From: Flavobacterium sp.
GTDB lineage: Bacteria > Bacteroidota > Bacteroidia > Flavobacteriales > Flavobacteriaceae
DNA length: 62,251 nucleotides
Direction of reading: 5' to 3'
Assembly: GCF_049590715.1 (NCBI RefSeq)
Contig: NZ_JBAWDL010000158.1
Coordinates: forward strand, 1 to 62,251
Shown: positions 8,261 to 17,500 of the stretch, in pieces
Layout of the letters: every line of letters starts with the position of its first letter
How positions within the stretch are numbered: the first letter of the stretch is position 1
The notes under the pieces: model-generated
Seen by the model: the letters and a program-made list of their open reading frames with translations, nothing else
What the model was told of the DNA's origin: nothing
Databases searched by the model: none
Position numbers and translations under genes: made by a program

Positions 8261-8926
8261 ATGCGATTCTTTTTAAAATATAGCTTGGTTATCGTTTTTT
8301 TAGTTTTTATGATTTCTTGCAATTCGACTAGGGCTGTTGGAGTAAATAGCAAAAATCCATTACCACAAGAGAACGATACTACTTTTGTAAAACTGAAAGA
8401 CTACAGTTCAGATTTTGTGTATGACATGAAATATGCAACTACTGATAATTTCTTGAAAGCGAAAGTATATGATTGCGCCGAATGTTTTTTGAGGCTAAAA
8501 ACAGTCAAAGCATTAATATTGGCAAATAAAGAGTTTTTGAAGAAAGGCTATCGTATTAAGCTTTTTGATTGTTACCGACCTTTGGATATTCAAAAACAAA
8601 TGTGGACCATCGTGCCAAATCCTAAATATGTGGCTGATCCTACTAAAGGTTCGATTCACAATAGAGGAGGAGCAGTTGATATTACTTTAGTTGATAAAAA
8701 TGGAAATGAATTGGATATGGGAACGTCTTTTGATCATTTTGGCATTGAAGCCAGTCATCATTATGAAAAAGTTTCGGATAAAGTCAAAAAAAATAGAAAT
8801 TTACTTAAAAGCATAATGACCAAACGTTATTTCAATTCCTTTGATTCAGAATGGTGGCATTACAATTTAAAAGCAGCGCTAAATGATAAATTGTCTAACG
8901 TTAAATGGAATTGTGAAACTAAATAA
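8261..8926 (+). CDS. M15 D-Ala-D-Ala dipeptidase (VanX/DdpX family), lipoprotein
   Basis: FDCYRP, SIHNRGGAVD, DMGTSFD, EWWHY; lipobox MIS-C. Confidence 0.92.
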   Translation: MRFFLKYSLVIVFLVFMISCNSTRAVGVNSKNPLPQENDTTFVKLKDYSSDFVYDMKYATTDNFLKAKVYDCAECFLRLKTVKALILANKEFLKKGYRIKLFDCYRPLDIQKQMWTIVPNPKYVADPTKGSIHNRGGAVDITLVDKNGNELDMGTSFDHFGIEASHHYEKVSDKVKKNRNLLKSIMTKRYFNSFDSEWWHYNLKAALNDKLSNVKWNCETK

Positions 8927-9053
8927 TGAAGTGCCGAGCATTGTATGTTGTCGTATTTAGTTGTTTATAAATAGTTTAATTTAATGAATTTCAATAGAGT
9001 TCATCAATTTTTATACTTTGGACATTACGATTTTTACACTTTCGACTTACTTG

Positions 9054-9620
9054 TTATTCAATACATTTTAAATAATTCATGAAATACGTTTCAGGGAAAT
9101 AGACCTTTCCATTCATCTCCGAAGTGATTTCTTTTTTCACGATATAATCATCGGTACCCGTTAGGTATTTGATTCGCATTAAATTAACAGGGGAACTTTT
9201 TAAATCTTCCATACTTCCTTGAATAAACATGAAGTTACCCACAGTTAGTCTGTTATTAAAACCCTCGTTGTTGCGTATTAAGCTACCACAGCTTTCTTTG
9301 TTAGTATGGATAAGTGTAACTATTTTTCCGTTTTGCAATTGTAAAAATAGTTTGGAGTTTTTGTCAAAACAATTGGCTGGTAAAAAACCATTACTTTTTT
9401 GGATTAACTGTACATTTAAAGTAGGGAATCCGTTGTATAAACTTAAAGCGTAAAAGATATAACTGGATTTTCCAGCAAAATTTTTCTCGGACATTAAATA
9501 CTCATTGGTTAATTTATAAGTTCCAATAGAGTCTTTAATATTAGTACTGTATTCGCAGTCTTTTTGTGCAAAAGCTGACAATGTACAGAAGAAAAAAAGT
9601 GCGGTAATGATGTATTTCAT
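9054..9620 (-). CDS. Secreted hypothetical protein
   Basis: 188 aa, signal peptide AFA-Q; last gene of the tsaD-led run. Confidence 0.75.
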   Translation of the reverse strand: MKYIITALFFFCTLSAFAQKDCEYSTNIKDSIGTYKLTNEYLMSEKNFAGKSSYIFYALSLYNGFPTLNVQLIQKSNGFLPANCFDKNSKLFLQLQNGKIVTLIHTNKESCGSLIRNNEGFNNRLTVGNFMFIQGSMEDLKSSPVNLMRIKYLTGTDDYIVKKEITSEMNGKVYFPETYFMNYLKCIE

Positions 9621-9629
9621 GGTTTTGGT

Positions 9630-10811
9630 TTATTGTATTTTGTTGCAAATTAAAACTATTTTATCATTTTTTTCAAGAGTTGTGAAAAAACAATAAGTAT
9701 TTCCGCCATCCTTTATTTTCCATTTTTTACGAATATTTTCGACAGTTTCAGGAAAATTACGAGTGGTAATATTTGCTTTTTGTTTTTCTAACAAAGCTTT
9801 CATCTCGGTTTTATGGTATGGAATTACTTTTTCAATTTCAAAAATGCGTCCAGGGAAATCAATTAATACATCAGAAGTATAAAGATGGGAGTGTTTATGG
9901 AATTTGTCTAAATTAAATTGAATTCCAACTTCTTCAAAACCACCTGATTTCATAATGGCACTATTAGGCTCGTACAAATACTTTTTTGGTATTCCAAAAG
10001 GAGCCAATTCTTGACTTTCTCCTAAAATAAAATCAAATTTTTCAATCTTATCTTTGGTAATATTAACGGTTTTAATCGTAACATCTCCTTGATAACCTTT
10101 ATGTATTTCCCATAATAATTCTTTGACATCGTTTTCGAGTGCAATAATGTGAATGATTTTTACATTATTTAATTCAGATAAACCAGAACTAAGGTCTAAT
10201 AAAGGCGCCGTTTTAATCAATATTTTATCGGAATAATTGAAATAAAAAGGGAGATTTTCTGGAACATTAGGCAAACAATCCTGAAGCATAAATACTTTTC
10301 CTTTGGCATCATTTCTTCGGGAAGGGTCAATGTATATCCAATCCCATTTTTGATTCAGTTGTTGTAGGGTTTGGACACTGTCACCTTCATAACAATGAAT
10401 ATTTGATGCTTTTAATTGGCTTAAATTATGTTTTACAATCGACGAAAGTTCGGAATTGATTTCGCAATGGACAACTTTTTTTATTTTTTTAGCAAAATAA
10501 TAATCATCAATTCCAAAACCTCCAGTTAGGTCAATTAGAGTTTCGCCAGAAATAAGACTAGATTTGTATTCAGCCGTTTTTTCAGATGAAGTTTGTTCGA
10601 TAGAAATCTTAGTAGGATAAATGATGTTATTGGTTTGAAACCAATGCGGTAATTTATCTTTAGCTTTGGTTTTAGCTTCGATTTGTTTCAATACTTCCAT
10701 CCATTCTACTTCTACAAATGGATTTTTTTGAAATGCCAATTGCGAAAGCGAAACACCAATGTTTTGGTTAATAAAATCTTGAATTTTAGGTTTTAAAATA
10801 GGATTTTTCAA
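9630..10811 (-). CDS. Class I SAM-dependent methyltransferase with THUMP-like C-terminus
   Basis: SIEQTSSE, DLTGGFGID, YIDPSRR, LYEPNSAIMKSG. Confidence 0.88.
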   Translation of the reverse strand: MKNPILKPKIQDFINQNIGVSLSQLAFQKNPFVEVEWMEVLKQIEAKTKAKDKLPHWFQTNNIIYPTKISIEQTSSEKTAEYKSSLISGETLIDLTGGFGIDDYYFAKKIKKVVHCEINSELSSIVKHNLSQLKASNIHCYEGDSVQTLQQLNQKWDWIYIDPSRRNDAKGKVFMLQDCLPNVPENLPFYFNYSDKILIKTAPLLDLSSGLSELNNVKIIHIIALENDVKELLWEIHKGYQGDVTIKTVNITKDKIEKFDFILGESQELAPFGIPKKYLYEPNSAIMKSGGFEEVGIQFNLDKFHKHSHLYTSDVLIDFPGRIFEIEKVIPYHKTEMKALLEKQKANITTRNFPETVENIRKKWKIKDGGNTYCFFTTLEKNDKIVLICNKIQ

Positions 10812-10813
10812 TT

Positions 10814-11905
10814 CTAAATATTTTCGGTTAAAACAGCAACAATTTTATTTTTTGGAAAAAACTCTTTCGCAATCACTTTCAAAATCGTGTAAATAGGGAT
10901 AGCTATAACCATTCCAAATACACCAAACGTTATTCCGCTTATAAGTATAACTAAGAAGATTTCCAGTGGATGTGAATTAACACTTTTCGAAAAAATAATA
11001 GGCTGATTGATGTTGTTATCGATAACTTGTACTAATAAAAAACCAATAATAACATAGATGGTTGTAGGAAGCATTTCTGTTTTAAAATCAGTGCCAATAC
11101 CACCAATCAATGTTAATAATGCAGCCAAAACAGTACCTATTATTGGACCAATATATGGGATGATATTTAATAAAGCACACAAAAAAGCAATTACAAAAGC
11201 ATTTTTTGAATTAAAAATAAGTAAAACTGTAAAATAGAGTATAAACACAACGGTGAGCTGAATCATTAAACCTATAAAATAGCGAGTTAACAATTGATTT
11301 ATTTTTTCAATTGAGTTTAATATTTTGTCCTCATTTTCATCTGGAAGTATCATTTTAGCTTTTTCTTTGAAAGCTAACTGATCTTTTAAAAAGAAAAAAG
11401 TAATAAAAAATACCGAAGCAATTCCCATTCCAAATCCAGCAATAATATTTAAAATAGAATTGATGAAATCTGTAAAAAAAGTATAATTGATATTGGATGA
11501 TAAATTAGTTTGTTTTAGTATTTCTTCAAGATCAATAATGTTAATATTAAAATAGGTTTCAATTTTATATTCTAGAATATCGAATTGATTGTGAAGTAAA
11601 TTAGTATCTAATAAAGATAAGTTTTGAGCTTGAGCTATAATTAATGGAACAAAAAGCAAAATAAAACCCACAAGCATTCCTATGAAAAGTAATAATGTTA
11701 TAATGGTTGCTAATGTATTTCTAATTTTAAGTTTTTCCGTCATAAATCGAATAAAAGGATTTGCGATTAAACAAAGAATTAACGAAATGACTAAATACAA
11801 TATAACGGTTTGAATTTGGTATAAAAAGTATAATAAAAGAGATGATAGAATTAAAAAACCAACAGCCTTAAGAATTCCGTTAGCAATTATTTTAGAAGTT
11901 ATCAT
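10814..11905 (-). CDS. AI-2E family transporter
   Basis: Multi-TM; NIIPYIGP, QPIIFSKSVNSHPLEI. Confidence 0.9.
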   Translation of the reverse strand: MITSKIIANGILKAVGFLILSSLLLYFLYQIQTVILYLVISLILCLIANPFIRFMTEKLKIRNTLATIITLLLFIGMLVGFILLFVPLIIAQAQNLSLLDTNLLHNQFDILEYKIETYFNINIIDLEEILKQTNLSSNINYTFFTDFINSILNIIAGFGMGIASVFFITFFFLKDQLAFKEKAKMILPDENEDKILNSIEKINQLLTRYFIGLMIQLTVVFILYFTVLLIFNSKNAFVIAFLCALLNIIPYIGPIIGTVLAALLTLIGGIGTDFKTEMLPTTIYVIIGFLLVQVIDNNINQPIIFSKSVNSHPLEIFLVILISGITFGVFGMVIAIPIYTILKVIAKEFFPKNKIVAVLTENI

Positions 11906-11937
11906 ATCACTGTGTTTTTTTTAATATTTTAGATAAA

Positions 11938-12576
11938 TTAATTATTGAAAATATAGGAAATGATATTAGCCCCCATTTTTAAGGCTTTTTCTCTGATTGC
12001 TAATGGATCATTATTTACTTCCGCATCTTCCCATCCATCACCTAAGTCGCATTCGTATGTATAAAGTAATACTAATCTGTTTTTTACAAAAATCCCAAAA
12101 GCTTGTGGGCGTTTTCCATCGTGTTCATGGATTTTTGGTAATCCGTTAGGAAAAGAAAAAGGCTTTTGAAAAATAGGATGAGTAACAGGTATTTCGACTA
12201 AATTAGTATTGGGAAATAATTTTTTAATCTCTTTTCGGATGTATTGATCCAAACCATAATTGTCATCAATATGTAAAAATCCACCAGAATTAAGATAATT
12301 CTGAAGATTTTTTACTTCAGAACTACTGAAAACTACATTTCCATGTCCTGTCATATGTACAAAAGGATACCCAAAAAGATTAGGACTTCCGGGTTCAACT
12401 GTAACAGGTTTCGTTTTTAAAGTAGTCTTAATATTCGCATTGCAAAACCGAATCAAATTAGGTAATGAAGTAGGATTTGCATACCAATCACCTCCGCCAT
12501 TGTATTTTAACAAAGCTAATTCTTGAGAAAAAGAAGTAAAAGAAATTAACAGCAAAACAAGATAGAATCTTTTCAT
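11938..12576 (-). CDS. DUF4159-domain protein
   Basis: GGGDWYANP, YPFVHMTGHG, GGFLHIDDNYG, DLGDGWED. Confidence 0.85.
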   Translation of the reverse strand: MKRFYLVLLLISFTSFSQELALLKYNGGGDWYANPTSLPNLIRFCNANIKTTLKTKPVTVEPGSPNLFGYPFVHMTGHGNVVFSSSEVKNLQNYLNSGGFLHIDDNYGLDQYIRKEIKKLFPNTNLVEIPVTHPIFQKPFSFPNGLPKIHEHDGKRPQAFGIFVKNRLVLLYTYECDLGDGWEDAEVNNDPLAIREKALKMGANIISYIFNN

Positions 12577-12581
12577 TTTTT

Positions 12582-12688
12582 TAGTTCTTAAGTTTTAGTC
12601 CATAGTTTTTAGTACTTAGTACCTAGTTCTTAGTTATTTGCCTATAGTTGACTATGTTTGATTGCTAAGGACTAGCTACTAAGCACTA
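12582..12688. repeat. Degenerate heptamer tandem repeats in inverted arrangement
   Basis: Eight 7-nt units, mostly TAGTnnn, at 12582..12637; (A/G)CTA at 7-nt spacing at 12664, 12671, 12678, 12685. Confidence 0.8.
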
Positions 12689-12693
12689 CTTGA

Positions 12694-13401
12694 TTACAAT
12701 TCATTAAAAAACACAATACTATGACATGCCACAATGGCTGCTGTTTCTGTTCTTAATCTTGTGTTTCCAAGTGATACAGGTTGGAATTTATTTTCTAAGG
12801 CCAAATTGATTTCTTTTTCAGAAAAATCACCTTCAGGACCTATTAACATAGTAATGTCTTGACTGGGGTCTAAAACTGATTTTAGTGTTTTTTTATCTGT
12901 TTCTTCGCAATGCGCAATCAATGTAAGACCTTTATTTTCTTGAGCTACAAATTCTTTAAAGGAAATCGCCGGATTTAATTTAGGTAAATACAATTCGTTT
13001 GATTGCTTCATTGCTGATAAAATAATTTTCTCAAATCGATCCATATTGACCACTTTTCTTTCGGAACGGTCACAAATAATTGGTGTAATTTCTTGGATAC
13101 CAATTTCAGTTGCTTTTTCTAAAAACCACTCGTAGCGATCATTCATTTTAGTAGGTGCAACGGCTAAATGCAAATGAAATTTAGAAGGTTCTTTTTTAGT
13201 AAAAGATAAAATTTCAACGGTACATTTATTGTCTGAAGCTAAAGTGATTTTAGTTTCAAATAAAAATCCTAATCCATTGGTTACATATAAAATGTCACCA
13301 TCTTGTTTGCGTAAAACTTTAATAATGTGTTTGCTTTCTTCTTTGTCAAAAGAGAAGCTTTCTGTAGATTCGTTTAGGCTAGTATTGTAAAATAATTGCA
13401 T
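12694..13401 (-). CDS. rsmE: 16S rRNA m3U1498 methyltransferase
   Basis: HIIKVLR, EKATEIG, IGPEGDFS, LGNTRLRTETA. Confidence 0.95.
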   Translation of the reverse strand: MQLFYNTSLNESTESFSFDKEESKHIIKVLRKQDGDILYVTNGLGFLFETKITLASDNKCTVEILSFTKKEPSKFHLHLAVAPTKMNDRYEWFLEKATEIGIQEITPIICDRSERKVVNMDRFEKIILSAMKQSNELYLPKLNPAISFKEFVAQENKGLTLIAHCEETDKKTLKSVLDPSQDITMLIGPEGDFSEKEINLALENKFQPVSLGNTRLRTETAAIVACHSIVFFNEL

Positions 13402-13404
13402 ATA

Positions 13405-14427
13405 TTAAAATTGTATTCGTGCTTTTGAAACGACTGCTGCAGTTTCAAATTTTTGGGATAAAAACTTTTGATAACCTACAATTCCAATCATTGCAGCATT
13501 ATCTGTTGTATATTCAAATTTTGGAACAAAAGTTTTCCAACCGTATTTTTGTTCCGCTTCCTTTAGTGTTTTTCGAATACCTGAATTAGCAGAAACACCT
13601 CCACCAATAGCAATTTGATTGATTCCTGTTTCTTTGACGGCTAATTTTAATTTGTCCATCAAAATTTGAATAATTGTATATTGGATTGAAGCGCAAATAT
13701 CATTGATGTTTTCCTCAATAAAATCTGGGTTTTCAATTTTTTTCTTTTGTATGAAATATAAAATAGCTGTCTTAAGACCTGAAAAACTAAAATTTAGACC
13801 CGGAACTTTAGGTTTAGTAAAAGGAAAGGCTTTAGGATTTCCTAATTGTGCATATTTGTCTACTAATGGTCCACCAGGGTAGGGAAGTCCTAGTATCTTA
13901 GCTGATTTATCAAATGCTTCTCCTACAGCATCATCAGTGGTTTCTCCAATAATAGTCATTTCAAAAAAACCATCTACTCTCACAATTTGAGTATGACCTC
14001 CACTAATGGTTAATGCTAAAAACGGAAATTGGGGTTTTTCAAATCCTTCTTCATCAATAAAATGAGCCAAAATATGAGCATGCATATGATTGACTGATAG
14101 TAAGGGAATATTTAAGGCAATTGCCATAGATTTTGCAAACGAACTTCCTACTAAAAGGGACCCCATAAGACCGGGACCTTGAGTAAAGGCAATAGCACTA
14201 AGCTGTTCTTTTGTAATATTTGCTTTTTTCAAAGCAGCATCGATCACAGGTACAATATTTTGTTGGTGCGCTCTCGAAGCTAACTCAGGAACCACCCCTC
14301 CATATTGTGTGTGAATACTCTGATTTGCAACAACATTTGAAATAACTTTATCGTTTATTAAAACTGCAGCTGCGGTATCATCACATGAACTTTCAATAGC
14401 AAGAATAAAAACCTCGGAATTTTGCAT
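13405..14427 (-). CDS. tsaD: tRNA N6-threonylcarbamoyltransferase
   Basis: IESSCDDT, GGVVPELASRAH, SGGHT, DDAVGEAFDK, TDNAAMI. Confidence 0.97.
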   Translation of the reverse strand: MQNSEVFILAIESSCDDTAAAVLINDKVISNVVANQSIHTQYGGVVPELASRAHQQNIVPVIDAALKKANITKEQLSAIAFTQGPGLMGSLLVGSSFAKSMAIALNIPLLSVNHMHAHILAHFIDEEGFEKPQFPFLALTISGGHTQIVRVDGFFEMTIIGETTDDAVGEAFDKSAKILGLPYPGGPLVDKYAQLGNPKAFPFTKPKVPGLNFSFSGLKTAILYFIQKKKIENPDFIEENINDICASIQYTIIQILMDKLKLAVKETGINQIAIGGGVSANSGIRKTLKEAEQKYGWKTFVPKFEYTTDNAAMIGIVGYQKFLSQKFETAAVVSKARIQF

Positions 14428-14577
14428 AAAAAGGCACGAATTTTGAATTATATTTGAAAAACCGATTTTAAATTTTTTACTTTTACGGCGCAGCCAAAAT
14501 TAAAGAATTTTTGTGAAAGGAATGGTTGTTTCTTTGGGCAATATCCAAGTTTTTATAAAATATTAAATTACAAGAAG

Positions 14578-17500
14578 ATCAAAAAGTTTTTAAAAATAAT
14601 TTTACGTTTTATAATTGGGGTCATTCTTCTACTGTTAGTGCTCGCAATTGCACTTTCTACATCTTTTGTGCAAACTAAAATTGCGCAATATGTAACCCAA
14701 ACGTTGAATAAAGATTTTGGCGTAGATATTACCATTAGTAAAGCTAAAATAAATGTTTTTGGTGGGGTGAAATTAGGGGAAGTTTTAATTCGAGATCACC
14801 ACAAAAAGACCATGATTTATTCTAGAATTGTGAATACAAATATTTTAGATGTAAAAAAATTAACCGAAGGCGATTTATTGTTTAGCGATATTAAATTAGA
14901 TGGTGTTTTATTTAATTTGACGACTTACAAAGGAGAAAATGATACTAATCTGGATGTTTTTATAAAATCCTTTGACGACGGTAAACCGTCATCAGGCAAG
15001 CATACTACTTTTATTGCAGACAAAGCTTCGATAGCTAATGGACATTTTATTTTGACTGATGAAAATAGAGTTGTTCCAAAGGATCTTGATTTGTCAAAAT
15101 TAAACGCTTCTTTAGAAAAATTTGATTTATACGGACCTAATTTAAAAATGATTATTAAACAATTGTCTTTTTTAGATCATCGCGGGTTGTATGTAGCTAA
15201 TTTGAGTACGAATTTTAGCTATACTAAGGAGCAAATGAAAATTGAAAATTTGGATTTAACAACTAAGGAATCGAAGATCAAAGCTGATTTGTATATGAAT
15301 TACAACCTATCCGATTTTTCAGATTTTAATAACAAAGTTAAATTTAAGGGGATAATTTATTCCTCATTAATAGCGTCAAATGATATTCGTTATTTTTATG
15401 ATGAATTAGGAAAAGATTTGTTTTTTAATTTAGGGACAAAGGTTGAGGGTACATTGAATAATTTGTCTTTAAATAATTTAAAATTATTTGACACTAGTAA
15501 CACTCGAATTTTTGGAGCAATAAAGTTTAAAAATATTTTTGGTGATGAGAATGAGTATTTTTATATGGATGCTAATTTTAGTAAAGCATCCTCTTCATAT
15601 GCTAATTTAGTTACTGTACTGCCTAATGTTTTAGGTAAGAAATTGCCAATTGAATTAAAAAGAATAGGGAAATTTAATATTGTTGGAACCGTTCAATTGA
15701 CAGCTAAAAAATTAGATGCTGATTTTGGCTTAACTTCAGATATTGGAAAACTAAAATCAGTATTAAGTATGAATACTATTGATTTTATTGACAAAGCCTC
15801 ATATGTGGGAAAAATAAAAGCAGACGATCTTAATATAGGTGTTTTATTAGCTCAGAAGGATTTAGGTAAAATAACAGCAGATCTTGAGGTTGAAGGTGTT
15901 GGCTTTACAGAAAAATATTTGAATACAAGTGTAAAGGGTTCTGTTTCTAAAATACATTACAATAATTATACCTATACAAATCTAGCTTTAAACGGTAAAT
16001 TCAAATTGCCTCATTATAAAGGGAAACTAACAGTGAATGACCCTAATTTAAAAATGAATTTTGAAGGATTAGTTGATTTAAGTAAAAAAGATAGTAGGTA
16101 TGATTTTCATATTGATGTGGAGAATGCTGACTTTCATAAATTGAATTTTGTAAATGAAACTATTTCAAATTTCAAAGGTGATGTCGTTGTTCAAGTGGAT
16201 GGGAATACCATAGAAAATTTAAATGGGAATATTTATATTAAAAACACATCCTATCAAAATGCTAAAGATACCTACACTTTTGATGACTTTACAATTAGTT
16301 CTGTTTTTGATGCTGAAAGGGTAAGAACAATTACGTTAAATTCTCCTGATATTGTTCAGGGGGAGATTATTGGTAAATTTAGATTTGCTGAATTACCTGT
16401 TTTAGTTCGAAATTCTCTTGGAAGTCTGTATACCAATTTTAAACCAGAACCAGTAAACAAAGGACAATTTTTAAAATTTAATTTTACAATATACAATAAG
16501 GTAGTAGAGATGTTTTATCCTGAAATTGGTATTGGAACAAATACCGTTTTAAAAGGAAATATTAAGTCGGATTCAAAAGAGTTTAAACTTAATTTTAACT
16601 CTCCAAAAATTGTAGCTCATGAAAATACATTTGACAACATCAGAGTGGCAATAGATAATAAAAACCCATTATACAATGCTTATTTAGAATTGGATAGCAT
16701 TAAGACTAAATACTATAAAATTCGTGATTTTAGTTTGATAAATGTGACTGTAAAAGATACTTTATTTTTTAGATCTGAATTTAAAGGGGGATCAAAAGGT
16801 GAAGATTATTTTAATTTGAATTTATATCATACCATCAATAAAAATAATGAAAATGTGGTGGGTATTAGTAAATCTGAATTAAAATTTAAAGATTATTTAT
16901 GGCATTTGAATGCAAAAGATAATTCAGATAATAAGATTGTGTTTGATAAATTATTGAAAAATTTTGTCATTGACAATATGGTTTTAACGCATGAAGATCA
17001 GGAGATTGTCCTTAATGGAAAACTTTTAGGGAAAAATAATAAGAATTTAAAATTAAGTTTTAAAGATGTTGATTTGTTTAAAATCACCCCAACGGACAAT
17101 AAATTTGTATTTAATGGTAATTTAAATGGGGAATTGAATTTTATTCAAAATAATGAAGTTTATAAACCAACGGCAGCCTTGAGAGTTGATCAATTAAGTG
17201 TTAATAAAACAGATTTAGGGATACTTGAATTAAATATTGAAGGAGATGAAAATCTCGAAACTTTTGCCGTTGATTCTTTTTTGAAAAATGAAAACCTCGA
17301 GTCGTTTAGCGCTAAAGGAAATTTTAAAATAGTAGAAAAAGATGCCTTGTTAGATTTAGATTTAAAATTAGATAAATTTAATTTAGGTATTCTAAGTTTA
17401 CTTGGTGGTGAGGTTTTATCGAATATTAGAGGTTTTGTAACGGGAAATTCCCATGTTGAAGGATTAGTAGATAATCCTAAAATTAGTGGAAGACTTTTTG

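Noticed and set aside
8261..8926. Vancomycin resistance locus
   Set aside because: VanX-family dipeptidase alone; no vanH, vanA or vanRS
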